Source: Lama guanicoe (taxonomy: Eukaryota). Taken from it: 64,000 bases of DNA. Location of the stretch: positions 21,837,520 through 21,901,519 of the forward strand of contig MU055600.1 in the NCBI GenBank assembly GCA_013239625.1, given 5' to 3'. Shown here one piece after another: positions 12,181 through 25,139 of the stretch. Under the pieces are notes generated by a model. It made no database searches and was not told where the DNA came from. It saw nothing but the letters and a program-made list of their open reading frames with translations. The position numbers and the translations under genes were made by a program. How positions within the stretch are numbered: position 1 is the first letter of the stretch; every line of letters begins with the position of its first letter.

Positions 12181-14412
12181 AAACACCAGCCACGGCTGAA
12201 GTGCTGGCTGCCCTCCGGCACTGGCCCCGGCTCCGCCTGCTGAGTGAGGGGCTGACTCCGGGGCTGGGGTGGGAGCAGGGGTGGGAGTGGAGGCGAGGGT
12301 GGGGCTGGGGGTGGTCTAGGCACCGGGATCACAGTCCTGCCTCTGGCACCTACTGAGCTTTGACCCTGGGCCCCTGGCCCCTGGGTAAGTAACGCCACCT
12401 CGCTATTGTTCGGCGTTCTGCAGCCCTGACCGGAGACCCGCCAAGGCCAGGCCGGGCCTCTGTGGCACTGAAGGGGTCCTGAGGACTCCCCGGCAAGCTC
12501 GGCCTGCAGCCTTGATTTCCATTAGTTCAGCGTGGAGGATAAAGGGCTCATTCTAGAAGCTCCCAGAGCTCTGCACTATGACTCGGACAAAATAAAAAGG
12601 CTTAATTACATCGGGCTGAAGTACACAGGCATCTGGCATTTTGAAAAATGGTTTCATGACATTTCTTTGATGGGTCTGGACCAAAGGCAGCTGCTTATAC
12701 TTCAGGGAGGTGACAGAAAAAGAGAAGGATCGAGTGAGGCAACTTAGCATGTTAACAACACTCCCTAGCATTTACAGAGCGCGCTACGCTTTTCAGAGCG
12801 GCTTCACATTCACTACTACATTACTTGATTTTCACAAGTGCTCAACAAGAGAGAGCGAGCAAGGGCTGAAGGAGCCCTGCCACTTACTAACTGGGTGTGC
12901 CCGGACAGCTAACCTCTGACCGTGGCTTTCTCCGCTCTGAAGTCGGGTGCTGCCTGCTGCGCAGGCTCGCGGTAGTAATTAGAGGAAATGCGAACTGTAA
13001 GCAAAGTCCCTAGCACGGCTGCCAGCGCAGCTGCTCCCTAGCTGCCAGTTTCCCTGTCCTCCCATTACACAGGTGTGCAAACCAAGGCGAGAGAAACAGT
13101 GTGCGTCCGTGAAGTGACAGGAACCAGTGCCCGGTCCCGGGGTTTTTCTCACTACAACATTTAGGTTCTCCGGAAAGGCTTGTCCCTAACAACGCTGCTT
13201 GTCGCATTTCCCCCAATATTCCATCCTGGGGGTAGAATCAAGAAAGGGCTGGGGGCCCCTAATCAGCAGGATGGGGGGCAGAGGGAGGGGAGGGAGGCGC
13301 TGTGGGGGGCGGCAGATGGGTGAGGGAGAAGGAAGCTCCTGGTGGGCCGGCTGCAGGCAGCGCATCTTCCCTGCCAAGCGTCCAGTGGGACAGGCAGCCG
13401 AGGGCACAGAGGAAAAGCACTCAGAGCCGGAGGAAGCTCCCACACAAGGCCGGGAGACCCACCCCAGGAGTGCGTCTCCAAACCAGGGCTGGCGGTGATC
13501 CTGACAGCTCGGACGCGGTGAAGAGGACGACATCCCACAGAACCAGACCCACGGTTACGCATCGGGTCCAAAACCAGCAGCACAAAATGCTGTGTGAGAA
13601 AAACGGTCCTAAAAGCAGAAGATGGCTTCCACTTCCTCGCTGGCTCGGCGGCCAGTCAGACGGCAGGTTCTACGTCACAGAAGGCGTGCGGGACCGGGGT
13701 TGGGGTCCCTGCTCTGTCCGCACTCTACGTGGATATGAGCCACGTAACCTCTCTGGGCCTCAGTTTCCTTTCCTACAAAATTAGTGGCGTGGCCACTGGA
13801 TAATTCTTATGTTTTATCTTAACCTTCGCATATAACTCTCTCATTTTATCCCAGCCGAGAAGGCGCGGTCATTTTAGTCAGCCGTACATTCGGTAGGAGC
13901 CAACAGCATGCAGACAGGAGTTGATGCCAATCGGGGTGCACAGTAGGAACAGAGTGGTCACTTAAGACAAGGTGATCCCCAGCTGAGCTCCACTGCCAGG
14001 CCTGCCTGCAGCAGCCGACCTGGGGAAGTGCACACTTGGAGGGTCTGTAGGAAAACTGGAGTCTGTCCGGAGAGAGCTCCTCGGGATTGCAGGAGAGCAT
14101 ATGTGAATTTGGAAAAACTGAGAAACTGGAAAGATTTACTCTCATGAAGAAAACCCTGAAAAGGAGCATAATGGCTACCATTCAAGTATCTGATAGGCTG
14201 GAGCTCAAACGATGAATCGGATCACCCCGAGCCCTAGTTTCTGCAATCCAGACAAAGCGGGTCAGCCTGACCTCCACACAGGGGTCTGCCACGGCGGGCC
14301 TGGGGCAGAAGGCCCGTCACACCAGGACAGCCGGCCGGCGCCCCGGAGCAGCCCTGGGAGGCGCAAGGGGAACCCAGATGCATCCAAGATCTCTTCTAAT
14401 GCTGCCATCTGA

Positions 14413-14598
14413 GAATTCAAATCAAGGAAGGAGTGGGAGGGACTGAAGACAAGGCTGCTGGAAAATGAGAGGAGCAGGGGGAAGGGAGGTGGTGAGCAGA
14501 GAAGGGAATTCAAATCAAGGAAGGAGTGGGAGGGACTGAAGACAAGGCTGCTGGAAAATGAGAGGAGCAGGGGGAAGGGAGGTGATGAGCAGAGAAGG
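14413..14598. repeat. 93-bp tandem duplication, one mismatch
   Basis: Copies 14413-14505 and 14506-14598, both starting gaattcaaatcaagg; differ only at ggtGgtg/ggtGatg. Confidence 0.95.
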
Positions 14599-14944
14599 CC
14601 TGGCTGCCTCTGTAAAAGCCACATTCATTATGTGGCCCCTGCAGACAGTGGTGTTAGACCAACTAACACGCGGGCGAGAGGCAGAGCAGCGTGGCCAGTG
14701 GCTGCCCCTCACAGCCTGCGTGCGGGGCAGCGGATTAGGGTCGGGGCTCGGGGCCTGCAGAACTCAGTGGTTTCTGGTTTGTCTTTTCAGTTGTCAGACC
14801 CCAGCGAGCAGGGACCTTGTTCATGTCTTTCTGCTCCCCTGTCGACTAGCTCCTGGACACATGCCTGCAGCTCAGTAAACATCCTGTCTCGTGCCCGCGT
14901 GACCAGGCGAAAGAAAAGCTGGAGCTTGATAAACAGTTAGTGAC

Positions 14945-14969
14945 TTAATTAATTAATTAATTAATTAAT
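14945..14969. repeat. (TTAA)6 self-complementary microsatellite
   Basis: ttaattaattaattaattaattaat. Confidence 0.9.
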
Positions 14970-15174
14970 GGGAAATTGACCTGGCCTTTCATTCTGATCT
15001 CAGGAGGGTGAAATTATGAGAAATGCAGCTCCCCATGGAAACAAAGATGGAGGTGATGAAAACTCAGGAAGTGGGAACATGTTGGCAGAAGGAGAGGAGC
15101 GAGAGATGGGGAGGAAAAAATGCAAATAAAGATCAGTGATAGGGGACTGTCAATACTGCCTCCACGAATGGTAC

Positions 15175-15405
15175 TCTATCCATCCANNNNNNNNNNNNNN
15201 NNNNNNNNNNNNNNNNNNNNNNNNNNNNNNNNNNNNNNNNNNNNNNNNNNNNNNNNNNNNNNNNNNNNNNNNNNNNNNNNNNNNNNNNNNNNNNNNNNNN
15301 NNNNNNNNNNNNNNNNNNNNNNNNNNNNNNNNNNNNNNNATATCCACCCACCTATCCAGCCATCTATCCAGCCATATGTCAATCCAGCCATCCATCCATC
15401 CACCC
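15175..15405. repeat. (CCAT)n-type microsatellite spanning an assembly gap (N 15187-15339)
   Basis: 'ctatccatcca' before and 'atccacccacctatccagccatctatcc...ccatccatccatcc' after the N run. Confidence 0.8.
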
Positions 15406-15469
15406 ATTATTCCTTCATTCCTTTGACCAGCCTTTTTCAAGGGCGTCCAGCTTGTTTTCGAGATGACCT

Positions 15470-16095
15470 AAGACACTGTGAGACACAGAATCCAGCTACT
15501 GCTTCTAGTATCTATACCAGAGGCTCCTNNNNNNNNNNNNNNNNNNNNNNNNNNNNNNNNNNNNNNNNNNNNNNNNNNNNNNNNNNNNNNNNNNNNNNNN
15601 NNNNNNNNNNNNNNNNNNNNNNNNNNNNNNNNNNNNNNNNNNNNNNNNNNNNNNNNNNNNNNNNNNNNNCAGCAACATGGATGCTCCCAGAGAATGTCAT
15701 TCTAAGTGAAGTAAGCCAGAAAGAGAAAGAAAAATACCGTATGATACCACTCATATGTGGAGTCTAAAAAAACACAAACAAAAACAACCAACAAACAAAG
15801 CATAAATACAAAACAGAAACAGACTCATAGACACAGAATACAAACTTGTGGTTGCCAAGGGGGTGGGGATTGGGAAGGGATAGATGGGATTTCAAAATTG
15901 TAGAATAGATAAACAAGATTATACTGTATAGCCCAGGGAGATATACACAAGATCTTATGGTAGCTCACAGAGAAAAAAATGTGACAATGAATATATATAT
16001 ATGTTCATGTATGACTGAAAAATTGTGCTCTACACTGGAATTTGACACAACATTGTAAAATGATTATAAATCAATAAAAAATGTTTAAAAAAAAG
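15470..16095 (+). mobile_element. Young camelid-type L1 3' end (contains N gap 15529-15669)
   Basis: 'cagcaacatggatgctcccagagaatgtcattctaagtgaagtaagccag...ggatttcaaaattgtagaatagataaacaagattatactg...aatcaataaaaaatgtttaaaaaaa' with poly(A). Confidence 0.92.
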
Positions 16096-16799
16096 AATGC
16101 TGCTAAAAAAATAATACAAGATGCATGATGGCTCAAGATCATACACCATCTCTGTGGTTTCCTAGATCAGCAGGGCCCAGATTGGAGGGGAACTCAAGGA
16201 ATACAATTTAAAAAATATTTCTCTGACTGCCCCTGTCATTCTAAGGCACCTCAAATTTCTTGCCATTTAGTTCTGAGGTTTCCCAGAGGGTCCCCCCCCA
16301 CACCATTTATGGGGGTCTCTGGGTGCCTGACACCAGCCTGCTCATCCGCTCTGCCTTGCTGAGCTGAAGACTTCGGTCACCACCAATGCAGCAGCCTCAG
16401 AGGGCACATGGCAAAGCCCGGCGCGCCGGGGGCACCACCAAGGGCCCTGCTGCTGCTGGCGGAGTCGCTGGTACTTGTGTTGACGCCACTCATGCCCCGC
16501 ACCTGCCTTACCCAACACCCGGGATAGGTGACCGGGCAGGAGACGATCTCTCGTCCCATCCAGCAGCAGTTGCTGGCCCCAAAGCAGCAACTGTCTCAGA
16601 CCACTAGCAACTATGACCATCATTACAAAGCTGCTCTTTTATAATTCCTTCTGCAGCCCTCCCTACAGAAGAGGGCTCAGATGTCAGGCCAGTGGAGCAG
16701 CGGCGGGGCAGGCGCATCCCGTGTGCTGCGTCTAGGCCGTCCCTGGTCCAGGTGACTGCCTTATGAGGAAGGGAAGGGACTTGAGGTTTGATGATATAA

Positions 16800-17071
16800 A
16801 ATATTTAACAGTGAATATCTCACAACAACCTTGGGAAAGATGTATCATTAACAACCTCTTTTACAGATGGAAATACAGAAGTCAGAGAAAGTAGGTGATT
16901 TATTTAAAGCCAGACAGCTACTGAATGCAGAGTCAGGGTCCACGTGGAGGTTTCTCGGACTCCAGAGCCACGTTTTGTACAAATACAGAAGTCAGAGGAA
17001 GTAGGTGATTTATTTAAAGCCAGAGTCAGGGTCCACGTGGAGGTTTCTCGGACTCCAGAGCCACGTTTTGT
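16800..17071 (-). mobile_element. MIR SINE whose distal ~110 bp is tandemly duplicated
   Basis: 'ttttacagatggaaatacagaagtcagagaaagtaggtgattta' is the MIR core in reverse; 16871-16980 is repeated at 16981-17071 with a 17-bp deletion. Confidence 0.8.
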
Positions 17072-18611
17072 CCCCACATCTCCGAGAGCTTAGGCTGAAA
17101 GGGGTTGGACCTCAAAACCGCTGAGCACAGTGATGAAGATTTGGGTCTCATCCCAGACAGAGCTTTACCCAAGCACCGGTCGTCAGCAGGCGCTTGGGTG
17201 ACTCACCCTGGCAGTGACGAAGGCCGATAATGAAAAAGACTGTGGGGATGAAGCCCAGGCCCCCTCCTCATAAAGAGTGGACTTCACAGCAGTAGAGACA
17301 GGGTTAGCTGCCCCCAAAGGCATCTCTATATGTGATAGATGGTCGGCCTGACTCCTGATCATTTCAAAACGCACACATTCATCAGCGTCACCCAGCCCCA
17401 GAGGAGCACTCAGCCAGCAGATTCACCCCAGCGCTTTTCCTAAGTGCAGGCTGTGTCTGTGTCCTCCTTGCGGACACCAGCCACGGTGGCCGGTCCCCTT
17501 CGACTCCCGGCTGTCCTTGACCATCAGGGTGTCAGTGTGCTGTAGCTGGATTTTATGCCTACGGCTTTCCTGTGGCATTTTCCAGTTTGACAGGGAACGA
17601 CACACACATGCTTCAGTTCCCCATTATGTATGTCCTAGTCTCGCCCTTCCAGTTAAGGAGCATGAAGTTTCCGCGACACACACACCAGCGAACCCCCTCC
17701 CCTTATTCCCCCCCCTCTCGAGGCAGGAGGCGGCGTTACAGCCCAGGGCAGCCACTTCCTCCAGTCACAAGGGGTGGTCACAGGTGTACTGAGCGCTCAG
17801 CCCAGAGCCCTGCACAAGACGGAATTCAGACCCCGCCCTCCGAGAGCTGAGGACACCATCCAGGCACAACCACGCCACGCGGCAGAGGATGAAGTGCTGG
17901 GTTTGCGGCAACAAGAAGGGATTCATGAAGTCAGAGGTAAATGTAGAGCCGCACTCACAGGGAAGGCCTCATGCACGGCGGCAGGAGGTGGAAGGATTAA
18001 ATCTGGGTCTTGAAAGAGGCTAGGATTCTAATTCAGAGACAGATCTCGGTGGGGTCTGGGCTCTGCCCCTCACGGCTGGGTATCCTTGACCACGCGCCCT
18101 CTCTGAGCCTGTTTCCTAACTTACCAAGTAGGATGATCTGACGCCCTCTGAGGACTGCGGTCCTGGCCGTCCCTGCCTCCCGCAAGTGCCCAACACGGTG
18201 TGAAAATGGCAGTGCGACCCCTTAGCATGGCTCTGGGGTCCCAAAGGCCGGGAACCCGGAGTGACGTCTGTAACGCATTGGCAGCCACCTCTGGGCTGAC
18301 CTGACGTGTGGGGTCGCAGAGCCTGGTCTGAATCGATGGGAACCTGTGGACGATCTCCCTTATGCCACAGATGGGCAGAGCCATGCATTTCACTGCAGAA
18401 AAACCCGTGTGTCTGACTGTGGACGCTTCCTCAGACCCCACCAGGGCGACATGCAATATGTTGCATGTCACGTGTTCCTGAAGCAGAGCCTGAGCAGCCC
18501 TGCGCTGAGACACCCCCGGCCACAGGGGCCCATGTCCGCACACAGCCTTGGCTCAGAGGAAGGCAGTGGCATCCCCAGCCTCTAGCCCCATGACTGACAG
18601 CTGCCACGCAG

Positions 18612-18805
18612 AGCCGGGTTCGGCAGACTTTCTTCTATAAAGGGCCAGACAGTAAATATTTTAGGCCTGGGAGGCCGCACATGGTCTCTGTTGTAACTAT
18701 TCAACTCTGCAGCGTGAAACAGCTACCACAGAAGGACATGGCTGTGTTCCAATAAAACTTTATTTACAAAGACCAGACAGCTGGCGGGGTTTGGCCGTGG
18801 GCTGT
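18612..18805 (-). mobile_element. MER58A hAT-Charlie MITE
   Basis: 'ctataaagggccagacagtaaatattttaggc...atggctgtgttccaataaaactttatttacaaa'. Confidence 0.88.
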
Positions 18806-21742
18806 GATGAGCTGACTCAGAGGCAGAGGAACAGGTTTGAGGCCTGGAAAGAGCTCCTGGTCACCTACTTCATCCCACCCCGACCTCCGAGAGGGGCAGG
18901 GAAGGCTGGCTCAGGGCCGGAGTCCAGGCCTGTGACTCTCAGTGTCAGGTGGCAAGTCCCCCTCCTCCCTGGAGTGGACTCCGCCCTGCACAGGCCTTCT
19001 GCCCCCCCGGGAGCCGGGCAGAGAGCCAGTGAGCCTCTCTGGGTCCTGATTCAGTGCCAGGGAGCATCGGAAGCAGAAGAGAGCCTGAATTTCCTCATTC
19101 AACAGAAGGGAAATATCAACGCGAAAGTCAGAGCGATGAGAGGTGTGAAATCGAGTCTCAGGGCTCTTTGTCTGTAAAGGTCATCTGGCCTCTGGCCGGG
19201 CTGCAGGGTGGGTGCTGCCAGCCCAGACCACAGCCAGAGTGAGGGTGGCAGATGACAGCTACCCAGGGCCTGGGGACAAGGCAGCTCTGCTCACCATCTG
19301 CCACGTTCCTTCCCTCCCCTCAGCCAGAGTGGGAAGAGCTCTGCCTTTTGGCAAGGTACCACCGGGCGCCAGTCCCTCCCAACGTCATGCCAAGAAGCAG
19401 GAAGCAATGACAGATGCTCACCAAGGGCCCTGGGGTGGGGTCAGAGGGCACCACGCGGGTGGACACCACAAGCCCGTGCCACCTGGGAGAGGGGCAGCTG
19501 TGGGCAGGAGCTGCGCAGCCAGCCTGGGCCCAGGAAGCCGATGCGGAGAACGGGAGGCAGATCCGGAGTCACAGAGCCCGAGCAGAAGGGAGCTTCAGCC
19601 ACGCTGCCCTTCACCCCCATTTCACAGGGGAGAGGACTGAGCCCTGACATCACACACTTGTCAGCAGCAAAGGGGGATGTACCAGCCCCGTGTCCTGGGC
19701 CCCGGCCGAGGCCTCTCTGACCCAAACGGCTGTGTCCCTGGGAAACGGGATCTGACAGCAGTGCCTGCGTCGCAGGGCTGCTTTGAAGGGTCAGTGAGCA
19801 ACTGCCCTGGAGAAGCTTTCCCAGAGCCGGGTCCCTCACCCGGGCTGTCCTGATGCTCCTCTTTGTTGGCTCAGACTGACTGACTCATTTTTCTCAGGGA
19901 TGCAAAGAATGGCCTGACTGCTCATCGATCGGCCCAGCATGAGGCTTCTGCCTTTGCGTCAGCTGAGAGAGACGGATGGACCCTGCAGGCTGTGCGTGTG
20001 TATCCACCCTCCACCCGCACCCGCCTTCCATCCAGGGCCCCACCTTCTCGTCACATGCATGCGTATGCACAGATAATGTATCTCTGTCTGTATATTCAGG
20101 ACATTATCCTGGAGACTGGCTCAGAAGCACACCAACCAAGCCAAAAGCAGTCCCTTTCCAGTGTCCACCGCCATCCCTCAAAACAGGGAGAGGGTGGGCA
20201 GATAGCCCGGAAAGCCTTCTCAGGCGCCCCTCCCTCTGCTGGAAGCCTGGCTCTCAGGAGCCCCAGGAGGCACCACCAATCGCCAGGTGGACTTTCTCAC
20301 CTCAAAGCAACAGGTCCCAACCTGGAAGCACCATCTCCCTCACGCCCTGGCTCCCTTCCTGGGTCACGCTGATGGAGACAGGGTCCCACAGCGACTAAGA
20401 GCTCAGGTCTGGGGGCAGGACGCTGGGCTCACGTCTCGGCTCGACCACTTACTGGCTAGGGGGCCCCAGGCGAGTTAGTCTCTCCGCCCCTCGGTTTCCC
20501 TGTCTGTAAAAAGGGAGGAAGTGTGGCGCCTCCCTTACAGGGCTGCTGTGACTCCGCCAGTTAATACACTACGTGTGCACGCATCGGGCGCCCAGTGAGC
20601 TAATAGCATTCGGTGCCCACAGCCACCACTCGTTTCCCCAAACGTGGGGCCGGCTCGGCTCCAGCCAGCGGACACGCTTTCCACTTCCAGCCCTGCCCTC
20701 GGTCGCCCCCTGTCCTCCTCCAGCCCGCCTCCGCACCAGGGCCCCTGCTGGCCCGTCGAGTGCGCCCTCCTCCGAGTCACAAGTGCGCCGCTCCGCCTGC
20801 CCCAGGGGCCACTCCGGGCGTGGCCTTGCCCTGCTGTCTTCCTTCTGCTTTTGATGAGAGCGGAGAGTGTGCCGTCCGAAATTTTTATGTCAGGCCCTTG
20901 ACATTTACTTCCTAGCCCTGAGCCAGCTCTGCTTATAAGGTCTGTCGATGAGACCGTCACACCTTGTTCCTGGTTCCGCCCGTTCACGTGTGAAGTCACT
21001 GCTCGGCTCCAAGAGCGGCTCACTTTTTAGAACATGCGACATTTTGTCTCTAACAAAGGCCTCAAGCGGTCAGCACCTCAGTTGGCGCGTGTTCCCCAGG
21101 ACAACTTGAGAAGCGCTCCGCTCCGTAGAGACAGACCTGTCGGCCAGGTGATTGGCTGGCCGACGGGCAGCCCTTCCAGGGAGCCGGGCGCAAGGCCCCG
21201 GGGCCGGTCAGCAGGGAGGGGCCTGGTCCTGGGCCGCAGCATCCGCAGGAAGCACCTGTCAGCTGTGCCCTGGTCCCTTTGATCTTCCCTCAGTGCCCCC
21301 TCCTTGGGGGCACTCTCAGGCCCAGACTGGCTCCTGCGAGGATCCTGCCGGGACCTGCTCTCTTAGGGCCGGGAAACCAGCTCCCGCGAGTGCTGGTGCA
21401 GCCTTGATGGATTCTGCTGGCGGGGGGCCCTGGCCTGGCTCCCCCGTCCATACTGCTCAGCAGAAGCCTTTTTAGAACAGAGCCAAAGAGAAGTGGAAGG
21501 CGTTGTCTGCCTGGTGAACGGACCTTTGCTGACTGGGGACGGTGTTTTCTTTCTTTTTCTTCCTCTCAGCTACTTGTCAGACATTCTAGCTTCTCTTTCT
21601 GTCCCTCGCCCTCCTCGGCACTCCCCTCCCTCTCAACACAGTAAAAAGCACAGTGTGTCTTAGAGCAACAGAGTAATAACTTTCAGTTTTGTTACCTTCT
21701 GCCTCAAATAATTGTTGGAAGATGACGAGGTGCACAACAAAA

Positions 21743-21771
21743 GGATGGATGGATGGACGGATGGACGGATG
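21743..21771. repeat. (GGAT)n microsatellite with GGAC variants
   Basis: ggatggatggatggacggatggacggatg. Confidence 0.85.
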
Positions 21772-24629
21772 AGTGGCACGCAGCAGCGCAAGCACGTGGC
21801 CCTTAAGCGTGTCTGCCAAGTCTTGTCTTTTTTTCACCTGGTTTCCTAAAATCATTAGGACGGGGATAAACTAAATGCCGACCAAACTTCTGATAATTCT
21901 GTTTTCTTTAAACTGGTGGTTCCTCACTCATGTTTGTGGATGGGGCCGTCAGGCTGTTGCCTCCTCCCTGGGTAACCTACCTGTAATCCAGGTAGCTGTC
22001 ACCAGGTGGCAGGTCACCGACGCCCCTTTGTGGCCTGCCACCCAAATGTCTGGAGTTTCCACAGTCGATGCTGAGAAAAGCAGAATGGACTTCCTCACTG
22101 AACAGCTGGGGAAACTACAAGTCAGTGGGGGTGGGGCCGGCCCGAGCCACGTGGGTTTGGCCGCTGCACACACACAGGGCTGAGCTTGCACCACTGTGGA
22201 CTGACGGCTCGGAACAGCCCCTCCCGCACCGCCGCGCTCTTCACAAAACGGCTTCTCCCCATTCCACCTTCTCTGATCAGAAGTCAACCACAAAGGACAC
22301 AGTCATAAAACCCCACACAGACCCAGGACGATTTGAAAAGCAGCGCACAAATCAGGCACCAACTTCCACGGCCCAGCCCTCGACAGCGGAGACAAACGTG
22401 CCGTGAAAGCCTACGAGAGGCTCTGTTTCACCTGGGCTCGGACTGAGGAGAACAAACTCGGGAGGCCCAGTGCCATGGCGGGTGAAGCTCATGACCGTCT
22501 CTCTGGTGCCCAGGAGCTAGGGTTCTTACATCACCACCAGCCGGAGAACGACTAAAACTCGTAACAAGCAGGAAGGCGCGGGCGCCGACCCAGCCCGCAG
22601 CTCAGGAGCCGTGCCAGACGTGGCCTTCTGCTGCTGATTCCGTGGAGGGGCCCAGAAGGGGGCGGCGAGAGGGCTCGGGAGCGCGGGGAATCCGGGGGCT
22701 TGGGATGGGGTTCCCACCAGCCCCTGCAGGTGCATCTGAGTGTTCCAAGAACCGAACACCTCCTGCGGGGTGCACCGGCCAAACAGCAAGCTTGCAAGGT
22801 AGCTGGTGCCGTCCCACTTTCAAAGAGGAAGGTGTGAGGCTTGGGGGGAGGAGACTTCCCTGAGGGCCCCAGGCCAGTAAGGGGACTGCTTGGCTGGGAA
22901 GGAAATGACGTCAGAGTCGCTGGGAGGGGGCGGGAGTGTCTGGGCCACAGATTCAGAGAGAGTCGAGGGTTTCAGCTGGGAAGTCTCCCCGACAGCTCTC
23001 ATCCGAGGAGCTTAGAGAAAAGCAGCTACTCGTCGAATGGCTTACAGAGGGGTCTCAGGGCAGCTTCTTCCTCCCCGGGGAGCCTGCGTCTCACGGCAAA
23101 CACGATGAACACTCATCAGCCGTGCCCAGACGCTGAGGCCTCCCTCCCCACGAGAGACAGTGCAGCCCTCCAGCTGCGTTCCTGGGCAGCCCTGCGTGCG
23201 AGGAACGGAACGTCCAGACACTGCCGGGCCGAGGGCCACGGATCGGAGCACCTCTACGTGGCGGCCGGAGAGGCCTGGCAGAAGTCGAAGCGACCAGCCC
23301 ATCCTCAGTACTTATGAAGCACTCGGCCTGCAGAGCGTCGGCAGGTGTGAGCGGTCCTTTCACCGGTGTCGAGTCACATGGCCCGTGGGCCGAGCGTCGC
23401 GCCCCGGCCTCAGCCACCGCGTCCCTCTTGCACTCGGCTTACACATTCGGGTGCGATTCCAATGGCACAATAATTTTTCAAGTCAGCAAACCACTGACCT
23501 TATTCACTCACCACGTTTTACTGATGAGGAAATGAGGCACAGGGCTGGTGACCAGCTGTCACATGGTGGGGTGGCCTCCCGATGACTAGTCCAAGCCTCT
23601 GTCCACTTGGCCTCCCACCTCCTTACCATGTGCCCAACACTCTGCCGCACAAAGGTGTGAGGGAAGAAAAGAAAAAAAAATGTTCATCCTCATTGGGCAA
23701 AGGGTGGGCAGACTCGGCTGTGAGCAAAGGCTCAAAAGACCCAAAGCTGTTGTCCTGGGTGCATTATGTGTAGCCAGGAGTCAGGCTGCAGACACTCAGG
23801 GAGGCAGAGGTCAGTTGATCTGGAATGTTGGTGACTTGAGCTGGCCCCCGAAGGATGAGCAGGACTTGGAGGAGCAAAAAAGAGAGATGGGGAGATGCCG
23901 GGGGGGAGTGGCCTGGGCAAAGGGCTCGGCAGGAAGTGGTGGAAAGACGCTGACGTGGGGAGACCCCGGACCGTGTAGCCCCACTTCTCTGTCGGCCACT
24001 TGCCGTTCTTTGGCCGTATCGGACAGAGCAGAGCCCTGGCTCCCGAACTCTCCCGGCCGCCAGAAGCACTGGGTGGGGGGCTTTCAGTAACGAGGGTCCT
24101 GGGTTCCACTAGTTCTGAGGCAGAAGGTTCAAGCTCTACACTTTGAGAACCCGAGGCCCCTGAGTTCCCGTCCAGCTGTGAGATTCTGCAGTTTTCTGAT
24201 GCCTCCGGGGCGGGGGCGGGGGAGCATTTGGACCTCTCCCCATAGAACTCAGAAAGCACACTGCTCTCGGCAGATGCGTGCCTGTCCAGAGCCCTCAGGA
24301 AGGAGGGCTGCATCCTTCGGGGGGGACACGGGCCTGCCTCCCCACCCCCACCGGCTCCGCAAGTCCCGGGCACCCAAGTCCCTGACGACCGGCGATGCTT
24401 TGCTCCTGGTGTTTGCCCGAAGAAGGGTGACGCCTGTGTGAAGCCGCCCACGCCTGGCTCCTTGATTCCAGCCACTCCCTCTCACCCCGAAAGCCCACAG
24501 CCTCTCCCTTCACCCCGCCTCCCGGCTCCAGGGCACGTCACCCATTCATAGCTGGCGGGTGGGTGCTTTAGGCTCGGCACCAGGACATGTATTTTTTTCA
24601 AGCTGGAAAATTACTTTTACTGGATACTT

Positions 24630-25125
24630 AATCGGCCTCAAAGAGGAGCCAGCGATCCCTGCCTCCCAGTACCCAGGCTGTCGTGTGGTCCCCTCCCGCG
24701 GTGTGCAGGGCTGATCTGCATGATCAACAGAGCGCTGCAGAAGGGACAGCGTGGGGCTGCTGATGTCGGTGTGAAGGACACTGGGACCTCTGTGCTGCTC
24801 TCCGGGATGCCCTGCTCTGGGGGAAGCCAGTGCCGTGCCGTGAGGACACTCAAACGGTCAAAGGAGAGGGCCGTGTGGTGGGAAACAGAGACCTCTTGCC
24901 AACAGCGGCGCGAAGGAGCCACCTTGGAAGCGTCCTCTGTCCTCGGCAGAACTTCAGGTGACCGCAGCCCCGGCCAGCAGGCTGACTACAGCCTCGTGAG
25001 GGGCTGTGAACAGAAGCCGCTTCTGGAGCCCTGACTCTCGGGACTGTGAGGCGGCACATGCTTACTGTTTCAAGGCACAGATTTGGGGGAGTAACTTGTT
25101 ACGCAGCAATAGACGATGAACACAC
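24630..25125 (+). mobile_element. MLT1F-like solo LTR
   Basis: 'ctctgggggaagccagtgcc...gtgaggacactcaa...ttcaggtgaccgcagccccggcc...atttgggggagtaacttgttacgcagcaatagacgatgaacaca'. Confidence 0.8.
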
Positions 25126-25139
25126 TTGTAAATACTGTA

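Noticed and set aside
15120-15767. ORFs spanning N runs
   Set aside because: Artefacts of assembly gaps (15187-15339 and 15529-15669).
21998-22012. CTCF-like motifs (tcaccaggtggcag here; also near 29742 and 50270)
   Set aside because: Partial matches are common in GC-rich sequence; cannot be supported without scoring or ChIP data.
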